Origin: Azolla caroliniana
Taxonomy: Eukaryota; Plantae; Polypodiophyta
Assembly: GCA_043228905.1 (NCBI GenBank)
Contig: JBHGNT010000003.1
Location: 16,802,001 to 16,866,000, forward strand
Direction of reading: 5' to 3'
DNA: 64,000 bases
Of this stretch, positions 22,379 through 35,265 are shown one piece after another. The position numbers were made by a program, and so were the translations under genes. Positions within the stretch are counted from its first letter, which is position 1. Each line of letters begins with the position of its first letter. The notes under the pieces are model-generated. The model was not told the DNA's origin and made no database searches. It saw only the letters and a list, made by a program, of their open reading frames with translations.

Positions 22379-25300
22379 GTGTTCCTAGCCCAAGTCATGG
22401 TTAGTACTAAAAGTACTCCCCTAGTACACGTCCTAGCACTTCTAGATTCCAGAGCTAATTCCTGTTTCATGGATCGAAATTTTGCCCAAGCTTCTCAGAT
22501 ATCCTTAAGAAAACTTCATTGCCCCACATCTGTAGTAGTCATTGATGGTCGTCCCATTGCTTCCAGGAATATTGTAGAAGAGTCAGAACCCATTCAAGTT
22601 GTCCTAGGTAGTTTTGTGTGTGTAGTATCATTTAATATAATTAGTAGTCCAGAGCATCCCATTGTCTTGGGATTACCTTGGTTTGAATTACATAATCCAG
22701 ACATACATTGGAGAACAAGAGAAGTCCAACATCAACAACCCCAAGAATCTACTCATCGAGTTTCGACCATTTCACTACATCAATTACGCGAAGAAGGACT
22801 CAAGGAGGCAATGTTCCTATTTGCAATATCAGTACATCCTTCCAGCACTATTAAGGAGGAATCCTTAGTGCAACTCCCGGCGAAATATCATCCTTATGCC
22901 GATGTATTTGACAAGCTAAAAGCCGGTACTCTTCCTCATCATCATCCCTATGATTGTCCCATCGATTTACAACCAGGAGCAGAGCCACCATGGGGACCAA
23001 TTTACAACTTGTCACCCACTGAGTTAGAAGTCCTTCGAGCCTACATAGAGGAGAACTTGGCAAGCGGGTTTATTCGTCATTCAAAATCTTCGGCCGGTGC
23101 ACCCATCTTCTTTGTCAAGAAGAAAGATGGCTCACTTCGTCTCGTCGTTGATTACCGCGACTTGAATAAAGTCACCATCAGGAATAGGTATGCACTTCCT
23201 CTTATATCAAGTCTTTTAGAGCGAGTTAATGGTGCCAAGTTTTTTACAAAAATCGATCTACGAGGAGCATATAACCTCGTGTGGATCCGACCAGGAGATG
23301 AATGGAAGACCGCCTTTCGCATGCGGTATGGGCACTTCGAATATACTGTTGTGTCGTTCGGTATAACCAATGCACCCGCAGTCTTCCAACACATGGCAAA
23401 TGATATATTCAGAGACCTCTTGGATATCTGTTTGATAATCTATCTGGATGATCTATTGATTTATTCAAAGACCCAGGAAGAGCACGATCCTCATGTACCA
23501 TTAGTACTAAAACAAGTCCGTGAGAATGATCTTTATACCAAGCTAGAAAAATGTAGCTTCGACTGCAAGCAAGTGGAATTTCTAGGCTACGTCATCTCCT
23601 CAAAGGGCATCTCCATGGATCCAGCTAAAGTCCAAACTGTGTTAGAGTGGCAAACTCCACGGTTGATATGAGATGTACAATGTTTTCTAGGTTTTGCTAA
23701 CTTTTACCGCAAGTTTATACAGGATTACTCGAAGATTATTTTACCTCTCACACAACTTACGAAGAAGGGACAAGCATTTCTTTGGTCCAATGAAGCGGAC
23801 ATGGCTTTTCGGCATCTTAAGAAAGCCTTTACATCAACTCCTATTCTAGCTCATGTGGATACAAAAAAACCATTCATCATGGAGGCCGACGCATCAGATT
23901 TCGCCCTCGGTAGCATCATTTCTCAACAAGGAGATAAAGAAGAGTTACATCCTGTGGCTTTTCATTCGCGCAAATTCGATGCCGCGGAAATCAATTACGA
24001 AATACATGACGAGGAGTTATTAGCCATTGTGGATTCCTTTGTGCAATGGCGGCATTTCTTAGAGGGCTCTCCACATCAGGTCATCGTCTTTAGTGATCAC
24101 AAAAATCTTGCTTATTTCCAAAACGCTCGGGTTCTAAATCGACGGCAAGCTCGGTGGGCTCAATTCCTCATGCGTTTCGACTTCAAAATCACATATCGAC
24201 GGGGGAAGCGGCAAGGAAAAGCAGATGCACTATCACGGCATTCATATCTTGCACCTTGTCCTGGTGATCCAACGTTTGATAATCAAAAGCAAGTATTCTT
24301 GGGACCAACACGATTGCACACAACGCGGATTTTTCACACCCCAATGGATTCCCGGATTACTGATGCCATACGTGCGAACTTGAAGACAAACTGTTTTGCT
24401 CAAGACATTCTGGCACACATTGATACCTCTCAGGCATCCAGTTCCCAATCTCAACAACCAGGTATGGACTATCGACAATTCAAATATCATGATGGTTTGT
24501 TATTCTTTAAAAAGTTTGTATATGTCCCCGATTGCTCCTGTCGCCTTCAAATCTTCCAAAATTGTCACAACACCCATACAACGGGACATTTTGGTAGTAC
24601 TAAGATATTGGATCTCGTTCAACGATCTTTTTGGTGGGCCCATATGCAACGTTTTGTCGACGACTACGTTCAGACTTGTGATGCTTGCTACTGAGCAAAG
24701 ATGCCCCGACACCATCCATATGGTTTGTTAGAACCCTTACCGATTCCAAGTAAGCCGTGGCAGTCTATTTGTCTTGATTTTATCACAGATTTGCCGGTCT
24801 CGAAGGGGTTCGATGCTATCTAAATGTCGTCGATCGATATACTAAGATGGCACATTTTGTGCCGTGTACTAAGGCCATCACTAGCGAGGAAACCGTCGCC
24901 CTTGTCATGCGTGAGGTATTTCGGCATCATGGCCTCCCAAACAGTATCATCAGTGACCAAGGACCTCAATTCGTCTCCAAATTTTGGCAAATGCTCAAGG
25001 TCTCTTGCAACCTCTCCTCCGGCTACCATCCCCAGACCGATGGGCAAGCAGAACGAACAAACCAAACGCTGGAACAATATCTCCGGTGTTTTCTAAGTTA
25101 TCAACAAGACGATTGGGCCGAAATTCTCCACTTTGCGGAGTTTGCATATAATAATGTTGTTCACTCCTCGACTCGGGTCTCCCCATTTTACGCTTATACC
25201 GGTTCTCATCCTCGCTGGTCGATGATCGACACCCCGGAGCTACCTACCAATCCTCGTGCCGAGGATCATTTGGAGAGGTTAAGATCCAGATGGATCTCTC

Positions 25301-25848
25301 TACTCATCTTCGTCATGCTCAACACACACAGAAGACTTATGCGGATCATCATCGGCTTTCCTCCTCGTTTGCCATCGGAGATCGAGTATGGCTCTTACGT
25401 CGTCACATCAAGACTACTCGATTGTGCAACAAGTTGGATTATCGACGACTCGGTCCTTTCCGTATTACTAGTAAGGTTAATGATGTCACGTTCCGCCTTG
25501 ATCTCCCTCTACATCTTCAGATACATCCGTTTTTCCATAGCTCTCTTCTTGAACCTTATAAAGCAAACACTATTCCCGATCGTGCTACACCACCGCCGCC
25601 CTCGCTTCAGTTGGAAGCCGGCCCGGAGTATGAAGTTGCTGTCGTCCTCGATTCCAAACTTGTTCGCAATAAACTTTATTATTTGATCGATTGGCTCGGC
25701 TATAGTCCGAGCGAACGTACTTGGGAACCTGTAGAGCATGTCACCAATGCTCAGGATCTTCTTGTTGTGTTCCACTGAAAGTATCCGGACAAACCCGGTC
25801 CGCAATTAGCGCCGACTCGTTCTACTCGTCGTCGCAAGGGGGAGATAG
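22379..25848 (+). pseudogene. pol: pol of element D: protease, RT, RNaseH, integrase, chromodomain
   Basis: LLDS(R)AN, YLDD, EADASDFALG, SDQGPQFVS and GPF motifs; chromodomain EYEVAVVLDSK...YLIDWLGYSPSERTWEP; stops and frameshifts. Confidence 0.93.
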
Positions 25849-26163
25849 TGTCATGATATGGCAAGACTCGAACCCATGACCTTATGTTATATGGGTCGAG
25901 CTCTTGACGATTATACCATCTATTGTAATACGTAGGATATTATTTTCATTTAAATTTTATTATAGGAAATTAATGTATAATCCAGATTTCTCTGGAACAT
26001 TCTATAAGCTTCAGGATTACTCCTGAGAACACTATAAAAGAAGGCATTAGGCATTATGTTAAACCAAATTGGTTCAACACCAATCTTAAGCCTCATAGCC
26101 ATCTTGTACTTACTCTTCCTATAATATATCATCTGTTATCATCATCTCTCTCTCTCGTCCTCA

Positions 26164-26222
<59 letters not shown>

Positions 26223-27048
26223 TCTCTTTCCTCCCTCTCAGGAGTCTTACGCAGTCCCATCCTCTTAGTACTAATAGTACTTCCCTTCTCTAGTACTAAT
26301 TCTCTCTCTATTTTAGTACTATCCCTGACAGACGGAAGCACACGAAGCCGACAAAAGCCAAAGCGGATGTCGGACGTCTCACACTTGAGGTTGAGGGGGC
26401 GTGTTGAGAGATCAAGCTCAACTTAGTTTAGTTAGTTAGTCAACAATGTAACTTCATAGTTACCTAGATAGAATCTAGTTAGAAGTGTTGACTATAACGA
26501 CTTAAATAGGACCTTGTACTTAAGTAGGCTATTCTAGATCCTCCACTCCCAAGGTCATTTAATATAGGACTTACATGGTTGTACCTATATTCTCCTCACA
26601 CATGTGCACCCTTGCACATGAGATCTATATATACCTCATTGATGGTATTTTTGTATTTGATGATGATGTTTTATAATATACACTCTAGTTTACTCATCCC
26701 CCATCTTGTGTTGTTCGTAAGTGTATCTCTCCTCTCTCTCTTCCTCTCACACACATACACACACATATCACATAATCTTCCGCACTTATCAACTAATCAC
26801 ATAATTAGGTACTAATTAACTCTTAATTACTCACATAATTCTTAACATCCTTAAAAAGACTGACAAGTACTTCAATGCTCATACGAGCGACTAACACTAA
26901 CTCCCAAAAATACGCCTACGTACTAGCCTAGATTCGTAGCCCTCTAACGGCCTACCGATTACAATACGATTCGGACTACGATCTGGACTACGATCCGGCT
27001 CTGGCTTATTCAGTCAATCCGTCATGCCAAATTCAAACATCTTCAACA

Positions 27049-28538
27049 CATAATGTCTTTGGCTTATCAATATGCTGTCAAGGGTTCAGATCACTTCGAT
27101 CCCGAGGATGTAATGAAGGTCCCACAAATCCTTCATTTCAAAGGTTGCCAATAGTTGAGACTTCACGCGGCCAATTTCTTCAAGGTCAATGCCAGCGATG
27201 ACCATGTCATCCACATATAACAATATGCACACCAACCCTCTTTGAACTTGTCGGATGAACAAGGAGGAGTCCAACTTTAACGGCTGAAACCCCATCTGAC
27301 GTAAGCCCTGTGTGATCTTTGATCTCCAAGCTCAAGGGGCTTGCTTCAGTCCGTAAAGGGACTACTTCAATCGACAGACTGCTAACTTGTACATCGCCGA
27401 TTGAAATCCGAGGGTTTGAACCATGTAAACCCGTTCTTCAAGGTATGCTTGCAAGAACACATTCTTCACATCCATTTGTTGTAGATGTTGTTGCAGTAAC
27501 GACTAGCACCACACGCACCGTCGTCATATTCACTACTGATGCAAAGGCCTCATCATAGTTGATGTCTTTTGGTTGTGCATAGCCCTTGGCCACCATGCCT
27601 TGTACCTATTGACACTACCATCAGGGTTGTATTTTACCTTATACACCCACTTGCATCCGATCGGCTTGATTCCTTTCAAGGGGTCAATCAGGTCCCAAGT
27701 CTCATTTTCGACCATTGCTTTCATTTCTTCCTCCATTGTTGATTGTCAGTTGGCATCTTGTGATGCCTCTACATAGCTCACCGACTCGCGGACTTTAGCC
27801 ACCTAACCATGTATGGATAATGGTGCACCATGTACTCGTTGTACCTATATTAGATCGCGGGGTTCTTGTGGCAAGTTGATCGACATAATTTCTCATTAGC
27901 CAATTTTAAGGCCCTCATGGTCAAATCCGACCCCAATTCTCGAGGTCCGCCAACGATCATAGCTTCGTCAGACTTAGTCTAATCTGACATGCTTTCTTCT
28001 GTGCTGTGCTCTAGCATCTTCTTCTTCCCTTTTTTGTCAGCCGTCTCTTCAACTTCATTCGCGGGGATTGCACGACCGAGTCATCACTACTCACCGGCTC
28101 TTCAATTGGCTGGCCGTTTTGGCTTAGATATTCCATCGACCCATTCAACCATAATGAAATCAGACTCTCATCTGGAGTGCCGATTTCTTTTTCCATGATC
28201 ATGCCAACATCATTGGCCTCATCCTCATAATTCAGCACGGAGTGTGTAGGTAGGGGTCAGATTGGTCAAGGGTTGGTACCACGAAGCCGTTTCGTCGAAA
28301 ACAACATCACGACTGACTCGAATATGTTTGGTTCGAGATTATATCATTTATAACCCTTTTGTTTGTCCTAGTAGCTAACAAGAATGAATTTCTTGGATTT
28401 TGGGTCCAACTTCCTCCGCTTTTACTTTGGCACATGTACATTTGTTACGTTGCCAAACACCCTCAAATGTACCATATTCGGCTTCTTCCCGAAGTAAAGC
28501 TTGTGTGGCGACACTCCTCCATTTGCAGAAGTCAGATT
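27049..28538 (-). mobile_element. Decayed Copia integrase-RT remnant
   Basis: LLYVDDMVI, PIGCKWVYKVK and HLRVFGNV fragments on the minus strand. Confidence 0.85.
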
Positions 28539-28778
28539 TGTTAGGAAATAGGTTCCTCCAGATCGGAAAAGCAAGAGCCGAATCGGCCTAAAACCGATTT
28601 TCGGGTAATAGCCGAAACGATTGAATCCGGAAAAGGCCATATTTGTAAATAGGCTTTGTTGTGCCAATTTGGGCCAGAATTGTAAATAGCCCTAAAGTTG
28701 TATTAGTATAAATACAACTAGGGCAAATCATTATGTGGTGTAGATGAACATATAGTTGTTTGTCGTTGCCTCTATAAC

Positions 28779-28820
<42 letters not shown>

Positions 28821-28956
28821 TGTGTGTGTGTCTCCTCTATAACCATTGGTCTGACAAAAGAAGAACTCAAGGTCGTTGCCTTGTTGTTTTTTATTGTATA
28901 CCTTACTCATCTAGTGATTTCTTGGAGTTGGCAGACTCCCATGGTTTTTCCCTTTA
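28539..28956 (+). mobile_element. Truncated Copia-type LTR of the 9963/15593 family
   Basis: Starts TGTTAGGAAATAGGTTCCTCCAGAT; shares TTGTAAATAG, TAGTATAAATA and (GA)n blocks with those LTRs. Confidence 0.75.
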
Positions 28957-29171
28957 TCAAGGTGCACCCAAGTATTTATACAAGAATGTGGAAATATGCA
29001 TGTAAGCTAGGAAACATCTAGAGAGTGCATGGAAACTTCTAGAGAATGCATCTTCAAAGTTCTAGTGATTAACCTACAATGTAATAAGTTGAATATTATA
29101 CAATACAATAATGCATAGATGGATGTAGCTCAACTGGTAAGGTTGCCCAATAAGACCAAGAGGTCATGGGT
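28957..29171 (-). mobile_element. Fragment of the element-F family LTR
   Basis: Closely matches the reverse complement of about 62567-62806. Confidence 0.85.
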
Positions 29172-29560
29172 GATGTCTTTGGCGAATGGGTCTGACATGG
29201 TTATGACTTCTGGGTATTGGTGCTTGCAGCGAAGATCTTCTTCAAGTTCCCCCAAGCTTCCTTTGACGACTTCGCATCCTTGATGTAGCTTATCATCTAA
29301 TCACTCACACGGGATGCAACGCAATACAAGACTCAACTTGTTGCTTGCTCCCAAGCTGGGAAGTCTCTAGTGTCTGCTCAAGAGCTATACCCATTGCACC
29401 TTCCATGTAGCTCCAATAGTCATATGCCCAAGCAGATATTGATGTATCTTGTATGCCCAAGATTCATAATTGCTCCTGTTGAGCTTTTCTGTTGGTAATG
29501 ACCTACCCATTCCTTTGTTCATGTTCTTGTCAATCTTTGTATGGAAATCAAAAGCTTGTC
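29172..29560 (-). pseudogene. gag: Copia gag remnant
   Basis: MGRSLPTEKLNRSNYESWAYKIHQYLLGH is homologous to the gag of element C. Confidence 0.8.
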
Positions 29561-30448
29561 TGTGCTGAAACATTGTCATGGAGGATTCCAGCAAAAGGGA
29601 GAAAAGCTTGTTGACCACGTGTGAACGAGGGTGTGCACGAATGCACATAGAAAGGAGTCTTTGTATAAACAAATGTACATTAATATCGAGGAATAATAAG
29701 TACAGGACAAAGGGATTTGAATAGGTACTTTAATGGCCCACAAAAGAGGGGAATGAAGTGTGTGATGGGAGGAAATAAAGGGGGGGGGGGGGGGAATCGT
29801 TGATGTAACGGCCTCTCCTTGGGCTATAAAAGGAGGGGATGGAGACTCAGAGAGGGATCCATTGTTTTGGAGGAGAAAGTGTTGTAAGTCTGAGGAGTCT
29901 ATTGTTTTTCTTGTTCTGTGTTGATTCCGTTAGCTAGGGTGAGGCCTCTACTTGCGTAGGAAGCCCATGCGCTCTCTACCAAAGGTTCACTATTCTTTGT
30001 GTTTTGTTGAGCTCGAAGCTCTGTTCCGCGGTGGCTCTCCATTTATTGTATTCTTTTTGTTAATATACTATTGATTTGTTGTATCTGGGTGCTCTTCCTG
30101 TGTTCTCTGCTCCTGTTCTCTCTGTGTTGTGTCCGGTTTTGATTCTTGCATGTTGTTTCCGAGGAGGCGTCGATTCCCTCCTCCTTCGTTTTGCGCTTAC
30201 TCTTCGTGTTGAGAGCCCATGTACACGTGCACACGGATATCCGCGACATCTTTAGTGAACCCGACGTGAAAGGGTGGCAGAGGAGTTTCAGGATGAGAGG
30301 AAGTGAGCTCGTTGAGGCGATGGCAGTAGTTGTCGACCGCCTACTAAATGCTCGGGAGAGCTCTGCTGGTCTCGACAATGCCATAGAGAACATAGTCGGA
30401 TAAACCATATGGAAACCCTTAAATTACATGTAAACTTGTATATGGTTT

Positions 30449-33400
30449 TTTTTTCAAAAGAAAGTATACTTCCATTAGTATTTAGAAAAGTCATAACAAC
30501 ATACAAAAATTTCCCCAAAACATCTTTATAAGATGCTAGTTGAAAAAACAAAAGTTTTGATGAAAAGTTTTGACTGCAACATAGAGTAAAGTAAACAATC
30601 AATCTGAAAATTGTTCTATAAAAAGCTTCCACAAAGGTCTACCAAACGAGGTAAAATGCAATCTATACCCTTTTGTTATGCAATCAAGAACCTTCAATCT
30701 CCATAACATGTTGCAGGCTATAAATAGCCATCTTCTTTCACCCGTTCCGGGTGATCAAGAGTCCTCAAGGGATGTTCCATTCAAGATCCCAATACCCTCT
30801 GTTTTTCTTTTTGTTTGATACCTCGAGAAGATTGTCAAAGCCTCCATATTGAATGCAAACTATATGTCCCCCTGGTTTAAAGATTGTGGCTTGCATACTT
30901 CCATTGTCCAGTGTTATAAGCGTGTGAAGCCTTTGTCTTTTTTAACCCACATAATTGTTTGATAAGTTGGCATTGTCCATAAACATTCTGTATTAACACA
31001 AGTAGTTAATCTAAAGTTTTCCTCACCCACTCTCTATAGTATGCTTCGATGGCACCACCATCTTCACTCATCCTCATAACAAGAAAAATGCTTCATACAG
31101 TCCACTTTAGCCATCTCGGCGATTAGCATGTTGCAGCATCTTGCCAAAGTCCACTAAAATCCTGCATAATCAACAAAACTCAGTATAAAAATTTCCTCAC
31201 CCACTCATGCTATTCAACTTCGACCCCACCACCACCTTCACTCATCTTTATCTCATAAAAATTCTTCCTTCAGTCCACATCAGCCAACTCGTCGACTATC
31301 ATCTTGCCAATGTCCACGCAAAACCTATATTAACAACACAAAAATAGTTTACAAGTTTCCTCACCCACTCATCATAATTAGCTTCGACCCCCCCACCGTC
31401 TTCACTCATCCTTATCACAGAAAAAACTGCTTCATTCAATCCCATCCAACATCTCACCTATTAACCGATTACCATCAAGGTCCTGTCAAACAAACAACAA
31501 CAAAACGGGACACATGCTTCAATTCTTACCGCCATCATCAATCATCAACATGAAATTAAAACATGCCCCCACATCAAACCTTGCTTCAACCCATACCACC
31601 ACCATTCTCACATCTCTAAAAACTAGACAAATTGCTTCAATACCACATCACCTATCTCAATTTATACCATTTTGAACCTGTTGTGATACTCCTCCTAATC
31701 TCTTCATTTTGCACATCAACAATGTGCTTCATTTCTACGTCACCCATCTATTCGTTCAGCTCCTAAAACCTGTATAAACAATAATAGCATAAATGTATTG
31801 TGTGTATCCCCTCCTAAACATGCCCTTCAATCCCCCGTCAACACCATCATTCATCCTTACCAACTATAAAAACTTCCATGACTCCACATATAAAATATAA
31901 AGTTTCCTCATCCCCTCATATATTTGCTTCAACCCCCACACCCTCGCCACTCATCCTCTCGTCATTAATAAGTTGTATAAGACAATAACTACATGACAAC
32001 AACTAGAAGATTATCGTGTTTGTTGCACTCCCTAGTATGAAACCTAAACTCTTCTTCACTCCATCCCATGACACCAAATTCCATCAAGCATCATCCATGA
32101 CAACCATCTCGCCTTCTTGCTAATTGGCACCAAATTTTGTCTTGACATGTCCTTGATTTCCTTCCATCAAGCATCCTGCCATATAGACCACAAACAAATT
32201 AATGTAAAAAAAATCCCTCACCAACTCATGATAACATGCTTCATTAACCCCCACACCATCTAAACCGGCACCAAATTTTGGCTTGCCATGTCCTTGATTT
32301 TCATCAACATCAATTATCCTGACAAAAAGATAAACGGTCATCTATATTATATCATGGTATTTGTACTAAAGATGGTGCCGGTGGTGGGAATAACCACCGA
32401 GGTGATACATAGTTCCACTTGACATATGCGGCTTCCTTCAACATAATAGGTATAGACGACCAAACTTTACGAATTCTCATTCTTTTCTTATTAGTTGTAT
32501 GTCCAGAACCCTTATAACTATCATATTCACCTTTAACTGTATGTACCAACAAGTTCCAAAAGGACTTAACTTGATCCACGATGTGAGTGTTTTCATCATT
32601 GTATAGCTTAGAGCACCTAGCTTTCCAAAGAATCCATAAAGCCAAAGAGGAGACAATTTGCCAGACATAACTTCCGGAGAAAAACTTGATTACCTGCAAG
32701 GAGGTTGAATCATAGTCTACCTGCAAACTTGTGACACGTAATGACAAAGAAGAATAATGTTGATGATAGAAAGTCATTTGTTGATCTAACCTTCCCCATA
32801 AAACTGCACCCCACGTAAAAATCCCTTACCTATACTTCCGACCTAGTAGCCTAAGAATTCTAAACCAAAACTTTTTTGCGACAACACATTCCCAAAATAC
32901 ATGATGTAGTGACTCACTTGCATAACCACACATAACGCATGACTGATCAGTTATAGATCCCCTCATCAAATCACCTACTAGCAACGCATAATGAATCATC
33001 AACCAACGAAAATGAAATATCTTGTTCATACATTTAATTGACCAAAAGTGTTCCCAAAACATCATCATATGAGAAGATGATACATTACCTTCGTCCCAAT
33101 ACATTTTTCCCGCAGGTATTGACTCAATCTGACTCAACATAAAGTTTCTCCCGAACGCCACTGAATATGTGAAGAATGGTAGGACCTTAGTGGAACTATT
33201 AGGCATGGACAATTTCCAACCATAATCCACAGGATCCCACTGCAGATCCACAAGTGGTCTAGCGTGTACAACCCAAATATGAGATCCATAGTTAGTAATT
33301 AAGGGACTAGGGTCAATAACTAATTTTTTATCCAATCTAGCAATTACTCGCATTGGTAATTGCTTTGCAGTAGACATGATTGGAGACTCGACGTCTACTA

Positions 33401-33528
33401 ATATCAACCTACCATTATCCAACACTTCATAGAAGTGCATACTGCCATTTTGATTGTATAAACGAGCACCTATAAGTATATTAAGTGACGAAAACATACC
33501 GTACCACCTTTGGAACTGAACAAGTTGC
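30449..33528 (-). mobile_element. 5'-truncated L1-like LINE with a ~1.9-kb 3' tail
   Basis: 17-bp direct repeat AAACTTGTATATGGTTT at 30432-30448 and 33529-33545; poly(T) run at 30446-30454; ORF2 C-terminus at 32352-33528 with zf-RVT-like CVMCGYASESLHHVFWEC and LWILWKARC. Confidence 0.85.
31015..32260. repeat. Diverged ~165-175-bp tandem units within the LINE tail
   Basis: CCTCACCCACT...GCTTC...CTTCACTCATC recurs at 31021, 31195 and 31359, with weaker copies near 31905 and 32216. Confidence 0.7.
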
Positions 33529-33815
33529 AAACTTGTATATGGTTTAATATTCTATAGTTTAGCATATAATACATTCACAATATTCCAGTCTTTAGTATAT
33601 TCTAGAAATATTCTATGGTATATTCTAGACGAGTATTTTCTAGCGATATTTCTCACGTATATTCTAGAGACATTCAATCTCAGAACTTGTATAAATATGT
33701 GCGTTCACCTAAATTACAATCAAGGTGAACAACACTAGTTACAGAGTCTTTCAATTAATCAACTCATCCATTTTATTACCTTCTAGTTTCTTGTGCATAT
33801 TATCTATTTGTGACA
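33529..33815 (+). mobile_element. Right part of a Tcn1-like LTR (related to element F) into which the LINE inserted
   Basis: TGTATAAATA...ATTACAATCAAGGTGAACAACAC is shared with the F LTR; ends TGTGACA. Confidence 0.7.
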
Positions 33816-33879
33816 CATCACCATTAGATATTCAACTTCCTTCCTTTCCTTAGTGATGTGTCAAAACTAGGTGGAATAC

Positions 33880-35050
33880 TTCTTCCGTTGATGAGATAAC
33901 TTGACAACCCATGTTCGTTATCTAGGTATGGTTGTTCCTCATCAAACACCACATTGTGGCTTGTCAATATCTTTCTTGCCTCTCAATCATAGAGTCAATA
34001 GGCCTTTGACTCTTCACTATATACAAGAGAAATATAGTTCCTGCTTTTAGCATCCAACTTCTTCTTGTTGATGTCCAAAACGCGTGTGTAGCATATACAC
34101 CCGCCAGTCTTTAAGTGTAGAATTGAAGGTTTCTTGCTTGAATACCCTTCTTTGTGGTGTTTTTGCTTGAAGTGCCTTCGTGTAGCTCCGATTGAGGATG
34201 TAATATATCACCTAGTACCCACAATAGATTGAGATGGAGAATTCTTAGTATTAGAATGTTGTGAATATATGAACATGGCATTAAGCACCAACTCATTGCC
34301 ATCTACACCTCACAACAAAAGGAATTTGTCGAACATCGAAAATGAATTGTTGTCGAGATGGCTCAGTGTTTGTTGAAAGCATAAGTGTTGGCCAACCCAT
34401 TTTGGGCCGAAGTAGTGCATATGATAGTGGGTTGGCACTTAATGTGACATGCTCATGGCAATACTTACAAAATTCTATTGATAAAAATTATTTATCTTGA
34501 TTTGTTGTGGGGTGTAGGAAACACTGAGTTGGCACTTAATGTCATATTTTGAACCTCCTTGAACAACTTTCTTGATTCGTACTCAACAGACTTATGTCAT
34601 ATTTTGAAGTTGGTAAATGCTTCGACCTTCTCCCAAAGAAGCTAAACTCACATTTTTCTACTAATTTTGTCAACTATTAGCATATGTTAGAGAGATCCAC
34701 CCATCTTAGGAGTCACATGTTTTTCTGAAGCAGTCGACATGTATCAACTCTAGAGGAAATTTTTTCAATCTTGATTCTCTTTTGGAATTGTCGTTGTTTG
34801 ATGCTTGTCCATCATACCAACATCACACACATTACACATGCACTTTGGACATTGACTTTCAATTACATGCATACACTCACATGTATAACTATGTGGACAT
34901 TCACCTAAAACCAAGTAACCACACATATACATGAAACATGAGGGCATATGTTCCAATCTTGCACACTCCCTTATTACTATATGAGCACTCACATTTAAAT
35001 TTTGATATCATACAAATCTACATATTTTAGTGCACATGTCTTCAAGTGAA
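33880..35050 (-). mobile_element. Heavily decayed Copia integrase remnant with an internal inverted segment
   Basis: Minus strand KLDAKS...ESKAY...VVFDE at about 33940-34070; plus strand TPQQ...FWAEV at about 34305-34420. Confidence 0.6.
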
Positions 35051-35265
35051 GTTACATTACTTGTTGAAAGGATTCTCTCACACAACGAGAGCACGCCTAA
35101 GCACTAGTAAAGAAGGGAAGGGTTGATCATGTGTCATAACAAAACTCATATTTGACAAAGTCGCCTTTCCTTATTCAAGCCTTGGTGGTTCCCCTCATTT
35201 TCACATGCATGTATGTAAATTGTGGTATCTTTGGTGAACTCAATGTGAAAAGGTGGTAGGGGAAG

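Larger units (their letters stand above)
14526..26330 (+). mobile_element. Tcn1-like Ty3 chromovirus (element D), LTRs 14526-14972 and 25849-26330
   Basis: Termini TGTCATGA...CCTGACA; TSD AACGG/GACGG; PPT AAGGGGGAGATAG; no tRNA PBS; LTR length difference is mainly (CT)n expansion. Confidence 0.93.
11051..26847 (+). mobile_element. Copia element C, LTRs 11051-11496 and 26402-26847 (446 bp each); RT-RNaseH deleted; hosts element D
   Basis: Near-identical LTRs TGTTGAGA...CTTAACA; PBS TGGTATCAGAGC at 11497; PPT TTGAGGGGGCG; TSD TTCTT/TCCTT (one mismatch). Confidence 0.95.
10722..27048 (-). mobile_element. Second copy of the minus-strand Copia 5' end (gag start, PBS, 5' LTR), LTR split into 10860-11050 and 26848-27048 by element C
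   Basis: 10730-11050 closely resembles 8950-9180 plus 10450-10530; the LTR resumes after 26847; minus-strand termini TGTTGAAG...CTTTGACA; PBS TGGTTTCAGAGC at 10848-10859. Confidence 0.8.

Noticed and set aside
29560-30400. LTR-like segment with a TATA box at 29824 and a short ORF at 30146-30403
   Set aside because: No termini, TSD or recognisable protein motif could be established.
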